DNA from: Phoronis australis
Lineage: Eukaryota; Animalia; Phoronida
DNA length: 64,000 nt
Direction: 5' to 3'
Assembly: GCA_002633005.1 (NCBI GenBank)
Contig: NMRA01000100.1
Coordinates: 471,428-535,427 of the forward strand
The position numbers and the translations under genes were made by a program. Positions 27,231 to 40,700 of this stretch are shown here, piece after piece. How positions within the stretch are numbered: position 1 is the first letter of the stretch; each line of letters begins with the position of its first letter. Under the pieces are notes generated by a model that saw only the letters and a program-made list of their open reading frames with translations, ran no database searches and had not been told where the DNA came from.

Positions 27231-27474
27231 CATGAGCGCACCCAGGGGGGGGGGCTCATTTGAGCCCCCCATTTGGTGAAGGGGGCAAAAAGGTCCACTC
27301 CACAGAGACAAAAAGTCCGTGAAAATGGGTCAAAAGTCCACTAAATAAGCGCTAACGTGCACTTCACAAAGGTGCGCCTGTTTTTTTTTTTTAGTCTGCC
27401 CGCTCTTTTGTTTGCAAAATGTCCACAACGTCAGGAATTCAAGCCCCCCATATTGAAGGCTGGGTGCGCGCATG
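27231..27474 (-). mobile_element. hAT-like MITE with 5-bp TSD (copy 1)
   Basis: GCGTG|CATGAGCGCACCCAG...CTGGGTGCGCGCATG|GCGTG. Confidence 0.8.
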
Positions 27475-27521
27475 GCGTGCACATATGTACAAGGTTGTGT
27501 ATGACATATAGCCAAATGTAT

Positions 27522-28030
27522 CTTCGTTGAAGACACGACTTCTTTTTGTTTAACAGCTTAATGCATACAGGTTGTACTCGCTCGTAGTCTCTAATCAATA
27601 TCTTACACCCCCCTAAATCCGCCTCTGAGGCGTGCTGCTATGTAGCAAAACACCGAGATACATAACATACAAATAAGTTAAAGTCCTAGCTATGTTTCGA
27701 AACCACATGCCACGTGTTCTTATTTAAAATACACGGGAATATCTTACGTAATCTCGCGAAATCTTGCTTTTTAGCAAAGTCCTAGCGTTACTGAACGGGA
27801 GGCTGGTGAAGGGGCAATACAAACGGAGTGTGAATGTATCACATGGTAGGGAGTCCACAAGCTTAATGAAACAGAGTCAGCGTGCGGTACACAATTATGA
27901 GCTCCTCATTCAGCACAGGTTTTCCGTGACTGGTCAATAGAGATTTCATAATCTTTTACGGAAATGTGTCGTTTTCAACATAGCGAATAATGGCATTGTC
28001 TACTATTTCTTGTGTAGTTATTTCTCGGCC
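27522..28030. mobile_element. Partial copy of the MITE at 44178-44671
   Basis: Left TIR CTTCGTTGAAGACACGACT at ~27523; internal segment GAAACAGAGTCAGCGTGCGGTACAC...TCTACTATTTCTTG (27868-28012) matches 44472-44616. Confidence 0.65.
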
Positions 28031-28324
28031 ATGTTGATGTAAAAACTGATCTTGAATGGACCCGCCGTACAAGTTCATGGACAACTGTCGGGAGCGGGAA
28101 CATACGAAGTGTCCAATGTAACGCTGTTCACGAGAACGAAGACATTCGTCCATATGACAAGTGAATTGACCTATCGCCAGGTTTTTGACTGACGTCTTAA
28201 TTGATCAATCAGAACGCAACATTATTGACACCTTCATCTGCCTTCCCAAGCCACCATTTTATCCAACAAACAACACGTCGCCAAGCTTATTTTAGTCTAT
28301 AACTCAAGAAATTGTGCGCTAACA

Positions 28325-28378
28325 ATGGTGAAATGGTGTTGCTATGGCATGTGTAATTTCGACAGCCATTATGCCGCT
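28325..28378 (+). pseudogene. Truncated THAP-domain N-terminus (transposon-derived)
   Basis: MVKWCCYGMCNFDSHY fits the THAP start MxxxCxxxxCxx; the frame ends shortly after. Confidence 0.35.
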
Positions 28379-29841
28379 CGAGAATATCCCATCACTTTTG
28401 GGCACTGAGAGATCAATCAGAAGTATAGTATATAATGCCACATACACTGTAGCACAGGTTGGTGATCACTCCTAATAACTTGTACTAACTAAATATTTTT
28501 GAATATTGAAAAACTACAGCATTGAACATTATGGTCAGCTGTTAGTTAATTTCATAGCAAGGTATCAGGTAGGCATTATCCACATAAATTCTCGATTTTG
28601 GCTTGATAAACCAATTTCTTGAGTTTTGACTTCTCGTCTGCACAGTTTTTCACAATTATCGATTTTTAAGAGACCTAATCCAAGTTTAAATGTTCCAAAA
28701 ATGGGAAAGATTGAACATTATTCTACCTTAATCCTTTCTCTGTCCGGTGTAATGGAAAGGTGCTTTGTAGGAATAAAATTTCATGAAACGAAAGGATCGT
28801 CAGCTGGAGAGAGATAGAATACCAACAATTACTTTGTAGATAGGTTTGTGGAACTCCAGGACGTGGATATTTGTTACGCTAAACCGGTGAGAAAGCAGAC
28901 ACAAACCAATGTGCCCCCCCCCCCCCNGGTGCCGGGCGTTTTGTTGCTAACCGGGAGATTAGCTTCTGTTCCCTCTTCAAAACCAAGTAGGTAGCACTGT
29001 CGCGGGGGTTCTTGCCAAACTTGCAAGAAATCAGCAAGGCACTGGATAGGCAGAAAATGCATTTATTCTTGGAAGCAGGCTGAAGCATTGTGATTTCAAC
29101 TTATTGTTCCTGAAAGTTGATTAATATTTTGTTGTACCTCCTTGGTCTTTTAGGTTTGTCCGGACATTGACAAGACTGTGGAATTCGTTGTCCCTTGTGG
29201 CGGCTTTAGCAATTCTACAGGTGAGCTTCTTCGTTAGCTCAGGAAACAAGTCAAGATTGTGTAGGACTATGAAAACTGTGCAAATTTGGCTAACTTCGGA
29301 ACACCATGCCTCCGAAATGCCTGATCAGATTTAAATGAAACTTTCAAATACTTTGCTTTATGCAAAGAGTGCTCTCTAGAACGTTGTTTCACTTTTGCAA
29401 GAGTGCTTACCAAAGATAGGGCTTTCATTTTTGCGAGAAACTCAAAATTTAACTGAATCGAAAACAAAATGATGGCTTAAATCGTGAAACATTTCTGTCG
29501 AACGAAATTTGTGTAGTTTAGGTTACTGATATCTGTGGAACTTTTTGCTATGAGGACACATACTTTTGTGACCCAATTAATAGCAGGTTATTGATAAAAA
29601 TTCAAAATCAAATGCCTTACTTTCAGAAAATATATAGATTTGCTTTTTGAGATATGATCCAAAATTCCATAGATATTTGGATAAGTACGCAGACGTGTCG
29701 ACAAGGTCCTGCTTTTTGCAAGTATGCATTCTAGACTTAAGGCGTCCATTGGTATGTGAGTGTGTGCATGTGCGTGCGCGTGTATATATTTGCATACCAT
29801 TATCTCTACTTAAAAAAATGTAACCTAGTGCAGGTATAATC

Positions 29842-30290
29842 AAGGTACCTAAACTACACGTCAACGGACTCACGGAAACATGGGCACAGACGCATGAACA
29901 CGACTTACGGACCTGCAAACACTGTCCACTGACTCACAAACACGGGAACGGACTCACAAAACACGATCCACGCACCCAAATACACGGGACACGGACTCAT
30001 GTTCACGAGGAAACACGGTTAACGGACCGCCAAACACGGGTCACGGACTCATCGGCTTCCTGCGTCAGCTGACATCTTCATTTTGTCCGTAAACCGTGTT
30101 CGGCAATCCGTTAACCGTGTTTCCTTGTGATATGAGTATGTGTCTCGTGTATTTGGGTGCGTGAATCGTGTTTTTTGAGTCCGTTGCCATGTTTGTGAGT
30201 CAGTGGACGGTGTTTGCAGGTCCGTTATTCGTGTTCATGGGTCTGTGCCCGTGTTTATGAGTCCGTTGACCGTGTAGTTTAGGTACCTTT
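29842..30290. mobile_element. Palindromic (foldback) MITE with internal ACGGACTCACAAACACGG-type repeats
   Basis: AAGGTACCTAAACTACACG... / ...CGTGTAGTTTAGGTACCTT; the two halves are imperfect reverse complements around ~30060. Confidence 0.85.
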
Positions 30291-31319
30291 GATAATGCAA
30301 GACAGTAATGTATTTCATTATGAATTTTGATTATCCCTGTTTGTATGCGTCCCTCGTACAAATGTACATGTAGGAGTCTCAGTGCCATCACCTTCGGGAT
30401 GACACTGGCAAAGCAGTCATGAGGCTTTCGCCTCGGAGTCTCCAATACACTGTAGAGAGTTGTCATAAAAATTTATAAGATGGACTTAATCAGGAAAAGC
30501 ACGAATTACATCGATTTTCGGAGTATCTAGCATTCACATACTGCAACACCTTGGGTTTTGTGTTTTATTCATACACGAGTACATCAATTAAATCCTTGAT
30601 GGTTACGGAAAAACGACGTTTATATGGTTACATCTACAGCTTTCTAGCAAGTGTATACCCATAGTGCAGTGCCCTCTGTCGTTTGTATTCTTTTAGTGTC
30701 CACTTTACAGTCAAGCAAACGACCATCTTCCAAAAATTAATCATATAATTGTTTTTATTACAAGCCAAAATGGTCTAGATTATTTACCATTGAATAACGT
30801 CATTTTAATTGCATGACGAAGTTCCAGATTGTCAGAATAAATGTTGATTAATAAATAATTTGTATAGCTAGTTCCATTGAAGTTGCCCAAAATTTGTGCA
30901 TATGCATTTTTGAAACCAAGAGGTCAAACATATTTACATGTATTTTTTACGTCAACATCTATTTTGAGATGTTGTTTACCTCTTTGGTTCTGGGGTCAAT
31001 GCAGTCTAGATTCCAGAAAATTGGGAGACCTGATCATAACGGCCAATGGTATGATTAGATAAGATCGTCTGCTTTTTATTAGCCAATCATAAGTAAGTGC
31101 ATTATTATTTTCTTGGGCAGAAGTCTGAAAAATAGTCAGATGGAATTTACTAGTTGAAAATATAGGACTTGCTTCAGTGTACTGAAGATATAGTACAACA
31201 GGGCCATCTCGTGGAAGATTCTAAAGAGGATCTTGGCAAGGACAAGGATTAACGATTAGGAAGTAAACTAAGAGCTTGTCGTTTGCGTCATGGGTGGTAG
31301 GATACTGCGTGCAAGTGTT

Positions 31320-31550
31320 GCGTCACGAGAGCCTATGACCAGCAAGAGGAATTGTTGGTAGCAAGATAATCCCTGCAACTGTTTCGTCACAAGGGACAGT
31401 GACCAGCAAGAGGAATCGTGGGTAGTCGAATACTGCCTTCTCGCGTCGTTGTGTCACGAAGGACTGTGGTGGGCGTGGTGTATTGTAGGTAGAGCGATGC
31501 CACAGACTTGGTTGCGTCACGAAGGACTGTGACCAGCAAGTACACTGTTG
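31320..31550. repeat. Degenerate tandem repeat, ~65-70-bp unit (CGTCACGAAGGACTGTGACCAGCAAG...), about 4 copies
   Basis: Core recurs at ~31321, 31385, 31452, 31515. Confidence 0.75.
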
Positions 31551-32983
31551 CAGTAGGTGTGGGAACAGGACTGTCATCCAACGAGTTCTGGCTGATAAGG
31601 CGTTTGATTATTTTTGGTTAACAGTGCCGTCCCGCATCCTTTGTGCTGGAGATAAGAAAGCGCGTGATGTCGTTTTGGAAATCAGGCACATTTTCGCAGT
31701 CATGTCGTAAACCAGTGAGGGACCGTAAGAATGTTCCAGATTTCAGCCGTTCAAAAGTACCGGAAATGAGTCGGTACCTTCAAGAAATTCTGCCTTTTCC
31801 GTTCAAAATTAACTCGACGAATTTGTTTTACCCACTCTCTGCCTATTACGTCTCGATGTCGGGAAGGCAAAAAACTTCACATCACGCATCCACGGGTATT
31901 TGCCTAGTTATCAAACGTTTTCACGGCAGAGTTGCAGCGCACAGCACATCAGTTATGAAATTTATTAGTCTAGGAAGAACGAATAGAGTAATTCCGCCGA
32001 GAAAAACTTGAAAAGGATCAGGCAACAACAAATAACAAATGGAATTCCAATGACATGAAAACGAGGCACCAAATGTGTCGGATATTTGCGGTATTGTGGG
32101 TAAATACAGTGAGATTAATTTGAGTGTCGCAGTGTTTTCAGGACAGCCAGAAGTCACAAGAGAAAAGTAAATATGTCTCCGTGTATCCTGAACCAATGTT
32201 CCCTGTCTTTTTTGAAGTGTGTGGGTTGTGAACTTCTAAGCACAACGTAAATCAAGCCGGTTGAATGCAGGTGTCGTGTTTGACATTTGCAAGTGTCTAT
32301 GCAATGAAAATTGCTCAACCTCAGTTCAACTGCATGCATTGTGCCACCTCAAAATTCAATAATCAGAATTTAATTATTTCGAAGACTTTTAGACACAGGA
32401 TATCAATTAATGCTTTAATGCAAAAAGAGCAGGTGTCCTGAAACCAGATTACATTGTCAGAAGATACGCAAAGTATTTGTCGTTGATATATCGTTATCTC
32501 TAGTGATACTGAAACATTGAACAGTATTATCATCATTCAAAATTGAGCATTACTAAAATAGTGATGTATGGGATATTTGCTGGACATTTACTCAGCAGCG
32601 GCAGATTGGCGTGCGTCCCACCAAAAGTCATTGCGATCAAAAATTTCGAATTACGCATTACAGAAACCCACAAGAATATAACCAGCTAACCCTCGGTAAG
32701 AGTTACGAAGTCTTGTCAGAGAAGCTGCCGCAGGAACGTGGTCAACCCTTAAATGTGGTGGTGAGTGTACAAAATACAGGCACACATACATGTACACATA
32801 CATGTACTAGTATTTTATACACTCACCACCTCAACTTGGTTTAACGTTTTCTTAAAGTGTATGTTTCGTTTGCCTTAATTTTTAGGGAATTTTAATTCAC
32901 TTTGTCAAAATTGACGTAGTTTTCAAATTAATTTTAAGGAGATGTATGTTAACATTTCATCTACATTTTGGTTTTATTTACAG

Positions 32984-35310
32984 CTGCAGCAATTGCAAAA
33001 ATGATGGGTTTGCCAATAACAGTCGTGATGGCCAACAATAATAATGACGCGGTTGCCAAAGCAATAACCCAGGGCGAGTTTACTCGAGGACCTGAAGTAA
33101 TTCCTACATTAGCACCGTCCATGGACCTGCAGGTGCCTTTCAATATGGAGCGCATTATATGTGTCCTCAGTAACATGGACAGAGACTATGTGGGTAGATT
33201 AATGACGTCATATGACAAATTGGGTGCTGCAAAGCTATCATCAAAGCTGAACCTTGAAGTACGTACATCTGTAGTAATTAGAACTTGAATTTGAATAGGT
33301 TTTGTTTGTCACAAAGCAGAAATCTTTAAAAAACATATTTGATTTGACAAATTAAGGCTTTTCTATCTACATGTAAATGCTACAGCACAATCAGTGTTTG
33401 TCAAGTCATTCTCTCGCGATGGCGTATCAAGATATCTAGAATGGCACTGTCACAATCATGTTTCTTTGGCCAAATTAGTCTAGTTATACCATAAAAGTAA
33501 TTATCCCTAGAAGGCATATTGTTTCTGGTGCATGGGCTTGGGTGCCTTGTGCAATAAAATATAATTGTTTTAGGTATGCAGTTACATGGTGGTTGATTGT
33601 TGATTGTCACACACAGATCAAAAGCTTTATGACTACCTCCACTTCATCTGATGAGGTCATTCTTGGCACAATGAAGAGATGCTTCGAGGAAAATAACTAC
33701 GTCATCTGCCCCCACACGGCAACAGCTGTGGATTATCATTACACAAATCAAAACAGGTAAAAACAGCTGAAACTGAACAACAGAGCGGCCCGGATGACAC
33801 AGCGACACTCGAATCTCTCTGTGTTTACAGTGCCGCAGTATCAGACAAACACTTTGGTAGCCTGGTGTCTGGCGTCGTTGGAGTTCTACACGTTGTTTTG
33901 CTTTCAATTTTTTTCTCGGCTGCATTATTCTATTCCGCATCATGACAATGCCAACGAAGTATTAGTGCTTTGCTGGCGCTTTCCGGAAGAAAATTTTTCA
34001 ATCTTGACAAAGATCCGCGGTTATGATGCGTTCTTCGTTTTGACGACAATTAAGTGTGAGTGGTTATATCAAGTTCATATGACTAATTCAGAGTCCTCTT
34101 TCTTAAAAATACGTTTTCAATTCCAGTATTTTAACACACCTCAACGTTTTCCGACAGAATCTGATGTTCCAAAATGAGGCCAATGATATACATGTAAACT
34201 CGCTTTCTTACTTCCGGGACAAAGGAGAGTTCTATCGATGTGTAATCCGGGGAGGTCCTATTGGTTGCGTTTGCAGTTGACGTATACAGTGTTGCACGTA
34301 CTCTTCCACGGAACCAAAGTACATGTATCAAAGTGGGCGTAACTTCCGAGTCGTAGACAAGCATGGGTGACTTGTCCTCAAATGATGGGGTATCAAAATA
34401 TAGCTATTATTAACTCACAACCTTTGATAAACGGCCTCGCGATTTGTTCAGTGGTATTCGCTTTGCAGGAACAGGTTGAGATTTGTTTATTTTGAAGTGA
34501 CAATACATTAATAATTTTAAATACCTACATGTATATATCTGGGGAGTCAATTTGATTGTGAAACGTTCTGAACCATGGACCTGGTCTCAGCCTACAGCAA
34601 TACTAAACCTCGTATTCTCTTCGATAGTCTCCTAGCATTGTCAACAAGTTTGTAGGCATGTGGGGAGGATACACTGAAATCTGTGGCCAAGTCTTTATGG
34701 ACTAGCAAGTGCCAAACCCACAGTGCACATTCCCCATCCGTGCCTATAAATACCACACACACGCAACGAAAATACCAGATAACCGGTATCCAAGTTTCAC
34801 ACCTGGTGACTGAACTGCTGTCTGTGACAACGAGTGCAAAAATTAGAAGCGGTTCCTTAAAATCGTTCCCACAAATGTTCTGATAAAGCGGTCAGAGTAC
34901 TCTTGTATATTTCATCGAGTTCCGCATGTGTCATAACGATCACTGCTGATAGTAAGGCACGTATAATTGTTGAAAAACCATGGCTTCTAACAGTCAAAAG
35001 TTTGTCTTTGTGTAAATAAAGCCTCGTTTTTGTCACTTTCAGGTGTCCTACAAATCTTCAGATATGCATCGCTACAGCATCGCCTGCGAAGTTTAATGAA
35101 ACTGTTACCAAAGCGGGTCTCCCCTTCCAAACGGACCCCATCCTGCAGGATATAGAATTAAAGCCCACCCGATTCATTGACTTAGAGCAGGGACAAGACT
35201 GGGAAAATATCATTAGAACCAAGGTCAAATGCCTGACGTCGGCGTGGGAGAAATGCAAGAAGACGGCTAACTTACCAGGACTATGGGAACCGCTATCGAA
35301 GCGCCAGTAA
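32984..35310 (+). CDS. THNSL2: Threonine synthase-like 2, 3' part only; exons 32984-33258, 33617-33756, 35043-35310 (stop)
   Basis: AIAKMMGLPITVVMANNNNDAV...TLAPSMDLQVPFNMER; MKRCFEENNYVICPHTATAV; ICIATASPAKF...DWENIIR match the THNSL2 C-terminal half; GT-AG sites and phases (1,0,2) are consistent and stop-free. N-terminal exons not found. Confidence 0.85.
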
Positions 35311-36268
35311 TTGTAGAGAAAACCATTTCTGATGAGGAATTTTGGATGACATATACAGGCTGGCTATAGCACAACTGATTTTCGTGAACAGGTAGGAGAC
35401 ATCCGTGGTAACAGGAGTCAGACCGGCTGGTTTGGGTAACAACAACGAGCGGACAAAAGAAAATGTCAGCAATTTAGAAGAGTCGTTGGTCATAGGGCGT
35501 CACGTTGACCTGAGGATGAGTGAACTGTTGTTCGGCAGTCACCTGATGTAGACTTAATAATTATCATACATCGGAAAATCTTGGAAATGACAAAAATAGC
35601 TTTCACACGTGGAGAATTTGTGGAAAATGAAAAAGAGTAAAACTTATGATGCGAAATTAATTTAATGGTGAATTTAATAAGATGATGGCCGGAAATTTCA
35701 CATTGCGTGTCGTATGCACTATGCTTAACAACAATAAATTGGTAGTACTGACGTTATTTTTCTGGTTTGGCCTTGAAAAAACAAGTTCACGCAGCTCCTC
35801 TTTTCTGTTCAACAGGACGATTCTACCGAAGACATCGTGACCTTCTCTTGTCCACTTCACTATCTCCTGTAATTTTACTTTCCCAACTCTTAAATTGTTG
35901 AAAACCAACATTTACCTTGTTTAGACATGGGACTGCAATGCCATCATCGTTAAACCTTACTTTATAGCACTGCGTATCACAACCGTGAGGTCAATTTCCC
36001 AAAAACGAGAAAATGGAAGAAATGTGCTTTTAACTGAAAGTTTCTGAGATGTTGGACATAAGGGTGTGACGTATGAATATATCCAGCACCAGTGGGTCAT
36101 ATCCTCCAACACCTGAGTTTAATGTACATGTACACACTTGTACCATGCTCTCGTAGCTCTGATATCCTGGGAATGTGAACCTGACAGTCACAATGCGGTC
36201 AAAAACCGAGTTGTCACAACAATCACATGCGCAACGCTTCACCATTCTTTGTTACGTCATGAACCACA

Positions 36269-36660
36269 CTCTGTGGAATATTCCAGAAGCGCGAGTATGA
36301 TACAAGTTCAGTCTCTGTGGAATATTCCAGAAGCACGAGTATGATACAAGTTCACTCTCTGGAATATTCCTGGAAGCACGAGTATGATACAAGTTCACTC
36401 TCTGTGGAATATTCCAGAAGCGCGAGTATGATACAAGTTCACTCTCTGTGGAATATCCCAGAAGCGCGAGTTTGATACAAGTTCACTCTCTGTGGAATAT
36501 TCCAGAAGCGCGAGTGTGGTACAAGTTCACTCTCTGTGGAATATTCCAGAAGCGCGAGTATGATACAAGTTCACTCTCTGTGGAATATTCCAGAAGCACG
36601 AGTATGATACAAGTTCACTCTCTGTGGAATATCCCAGAAACGCGAGTGTGATACAAGTTC
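36269..36660. repeat. 44-bp tandem repeat x9 (CTCTGTGGAATATTCCAGAAGCGCGAGTATGATACAAGTTCACT), each unit carrying a heat-shock-element-like GAAnnTTCnnGAA
   Basis: Directly visible; 6 of 9 units retain GAATATTCCAGAA exactly. Confidence 0.95.
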
Positions 36661-37302
36661 TTGAAGAAAAGGATCTGCAATACCTGACAATTTTTCACAC
36701 TAACCACAATGGTTGGATGACTAACGCTGTGATTGGTAGAATGTATTGACCAATTCATGTTCGTAAGTGCAGATCAGCTATTTAATATATCGCCAGGTAG
36801 TGTATGTAGGTGTTCTGGTTTTACCGCTGGCCGACTTTTGGTGTAGTTTTTGTGTTTTTTGATATGAAATTGGTGGTTTAAGCAGGTTAATCTACATAGG
36901 CAATCTGGTTTTGAAGGACTATAGGGCTTTCTCGTTGTTTGTGGCTAAAGCTGGTTTCCCCATTTGGTGTACTTGGTCGAAATGTGGATATATTTGCATG
37001 CAACTCATTGTAACAAAATTTTCAAAGTTTCCATTACCAACGTGGACGCTCATGTAATTCACCTATACTGTAACTATTTTACTTTTGTTGTTGTGTTCAA
37101 TTCATTGTGTGTGTTGGTAATAAACGCAAGGATAACACGGAAATACGTGGTATGGTGTCATGTCTAGCGAACCTTTGCCCGCTAGAAACCAAGATATCTA
37201 CAAGAAACTGAACAATTTTTCTATGTATATCATCTCTTCCAGTCTGTATAGTATAGCGTACTGCAAGCACCAAAATCGAGACCACGTGCAAAATAAGTGA
37301 AA

Positions 37303-37711
37303 CCAGGGCCCGGTCTCTAATCTTTGTACTCGAAACGAACTCGAAACTATTTTTGGCAATTTCTCTGCTCCTTTTGTGCGAACTTAAGATAATTAGTTAT
37401 CAGACTGTGCTCGAATACATTATAGTTTATGCATAGGAGTTTCTAGTTCAAGTTTGCCCTTGAAGACCCTTATATTCGTGCTACAAACTCGAGTAAAAAC
37501 TCGAAATTTCGAGTTCAAACTCGAACTTATTGCTTTAATATTGGGTTTACAAACTGTGAACTAAAGGCAATAAATTATTTATGTAAGTTATTGTGTACTC
37601 GAGCATAGAATAACAGACACTTATCTTGAGTTCGCCCAAAAGTAGAGTAGAAAATGCCAAACCTAATTTCGAGTTCCATTTCGAGTAAAAAGATTGGAGA
37701 GCTGGCCCTGG
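37303..37711. mobile_element. Palindromic MITE, PIF/Harbinger-like ends
   Basis: CCAGGGCCCGGTCTCTAATCTTTGTACTCGAAA... / ...TTTCGAGTAAAAAGATTGGAGAGCTGGCCCTGG with long imperfect arms. Confidence 0.8.
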
Positions 37712-37780
37712 AACTAAATATTTTCATGTACGTAACGTAAGCCGTGACGTGTTTTTATGAAGCAGTTTGTCTTCCATCAA

Positions 37781-40700
37781 TCAGTAGCTTGTTTTTTTGG
37801 CAGATTCAGTGTCTACGGCGTTGAGTTTCTTCTTGTTTCGGTAAACAAAGACGGCGGTTCCAACAAGCCCCCCGACACACACCACCACGACAAGAGCTAC
37901 AATGACGTAGACCATCTCGTTGGAAAGTGTGTTAGTGCTCGCTGCGGCTTTGATGGAGGCACCAGAATTTTCCGGTGCTTGAAGGGGCTCTGCAAGAGAT
38001 GAAACATTGATGTCACTAGTCCAGGTTTCTGTTCTAGGAGAGCCTGTTCTATGAGCTGAAATGAATCATTTGAGCAATTCATGTCCTCAAATATTTGATG
38101 AAATGCCAAGTACAAGCACCACAACTTACATGAAGGTAGCACACAGAAAGTCTTTCATCTTGTAGCGTACATTTAAGAGGCTCCTTTTATTAATACTACC
38201 GTATGTGTATTTGTTATTCACCAAACAGTTGTCTTACTTGGTTCAGCGAGCGTTGTTCCCGTTATGTCAGTCGTGCAGGCTGTTTGGTCGGGGAATTCAG
38301 AGTTGCTGGAACAGACGCGGAAGGTAAACGTTGACGACTCTGCCAGACTGTCAACTGAAAACAACGCAGTGGGTTGCCCTGACGACAGAATGGTCACGGT
38401 TGTTTGTTCACCTTTACCAGAGACGCGTTGCTGAAGTGAAAAGTACTGTTTGGAACCTCCGTCAAATCCTGACTTGCATCGGACTGTCAACGAAGTTGAT
38501 GCTATGTTGGTTACTAAACAACGTCTTGGAGCTTCCGAGGGACCTGTAAAGATTTAAATGAATTAAATGACATATGTTGGCGGCTCATAGAGAAAAGTTT
38601 CAGCTTTTGAATTAATGTTTCCGGACTGATTTTAGATGTTAAATAAAAGAACGTAACGGTAGATTGTTATCTTGTCAAAAACACTTGTAACCAAATAAAC
38701 CATGGCACGTATTTCCATTTGATTTCAAGTATAGAGTGCGGCACGGATGAACCGTGTTTCTATTAGGGGTGGCTAGTTTCGGCAGAAATGAAGTATTCCA
38801 TTTTAAAGCTCCCTAGTTCGAGCCGGTGCGTCAGGAGAGTACGAGTTGAGTGGTGTCAGTGACCACACGGTATAAAATTAAATGTCGAGCAATCAATCAG
38901 TTTTGTCCCGACTCCGTGGAGTAGAACATTCAAGCTGTCCAATACTCGTAACGGCTAATACAGTGTTCACTGGATTTATGATGAGTACGTACCCGGTGCT
39001 ACCACTTCGATGGGACAAGGCTGGCGACTGGAGCCCAGTGAGTTGTTTGCAAAGCACTGGAATGTTGTGTAGTCGTAAGTTGTACTGGAAGACGACAGAC
39101 GGGGGTTGTGATTTGACTTCCGAAACAGTTTTCCAGTAACCGAATACAACTGAGACATTATATGGAGTTTAAATATTAGAACTAGCTAATCTTGCCTTGA
39201 CAATAGATCCTTGAATTGGGCATGTCGACAGAAGCAACGACCATGTATATACAATATATTCATTATTTTCAACCGAATTTTGCAATATGTTTCACCCATC
39301 ACCTACGGTAAGCAGAGGAATTCGATAACTGAGAACTACCTTTACGAATATGCGTCTGGTATACTTCGTTCCCTTGCGTGTCTGCGACTCGTTCAGAGCG
39401 GTCTGTGATGATCTGGTTATCAAGTTATATTTGAAAACGCCTAATCAGGTCCTGTTGAACATCAATGCGGAAGCCAAAACTTACTTTGGTGTGTAGAAAA
39501 TTGACGAATATGCGTGATATCTGTCCGTGGGAGTAGTCCTTCCGGGTACGGAGATGGTTTGTCCAGCACTATTCAGCCATACGAAGGTCACAGCGTTAGG
39601 ATTGGCATACACTCGACACGTCAGTGTCACAGTTGACTTCAGATGTACACCGTACTTTTGTTTATGATTTTCGTGGCACTGGGGTTGAACTAAATGCAGA
39701 AGGTGAATAATTATTCTAATAGTATTAATTAAATCTTACTATTGTTCGTTAAACTTTCAGTGTTTGTTATGGAGGCTACAGAGTTTTTGCAGATCAAGGT
39801 ATCCTGAAAATAGTAGTTTTAGTTCTATAGTTATTCAACATCTAAAAAAATGAGAAAATGGCTTTTATTTGAATTCGTGTGTAGAAGTTTCTAAACGCAT
39901 CGCTGTAAATCCGTAGTGGCTAAAAGCGTCCCTGTTTAAAAAGCAATTATCACCGTACATGTGACGTCCAAGTCGACGACTACTACTACAGAACTTTCAT
40001 TTTTTGAAGTTGGAAACACAATTGTTCAAGGGAAACTTTTTATCAAATGCCGTAAGCCGGCCCTATCTTAGCTATAAGACGGTCCTAACTTCCACTCGTG
40101 TTAGATCAAATATCCTTTTGACCTATTAAAATATTTTTTACGAACACTAGATGACTGGAAAATCTCACATCGTCCCTGCATACAACGGTATCCCTGAAAC
40201 GTCACGCAAGCGCTCATAATCATACATCTGTGACTGCCATTTGTTGCAAAATATTTTATTTTACGCTGATCACATATTTTGAGAAATCGAAACTGACTGA
40301 TTTTGTATTCATGTGAAAACAACGTCCCAGGTCTTTATCGGTAACAATGAAAAGTAAAGATCCTACATTTTTATAAAAAAAATCCACCACGCCCGACTTC
40401 TTGTTGAATACATGGTAATACTCCCGATATATTCGGCAGCAGTAGGACAGATCAAGAATAGGATAGACTATCAAGAGACATTAATAGTATGTAAAACCAC
40501 GACCATATTTTGCATGCACGCACCCAGCCTAAAATATAGGGGAGGCTCGAAGTTTTGGCAATGTAGACCTTTTACATAGGCGGATTAAGGGGATGCAGCC
40601 AACCCCCAGCCTTGACTGCCGCAGGCAAATGACATAGCAACAGCATAAAGCGTGAGGAACATTGAGTCCAGTAACCTGGACCGGTAGCGAATGCGGGGGG

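Noticed and set aside
30385-30425. Possible degenerate THNSL2 TSGDTG exon (TCGGGATGACACTGGC)
   Set aside because: Needs a frameshift and the flanking translation shows no similarity; probably chance.
36269-36660. CRISPR-like appearance (palindrome-containing repeat)
   Set aside because: Units are contiguous with no unique spacers, there are no cas genes, and the context is eukaryotic. The same applies to 4590-4905.
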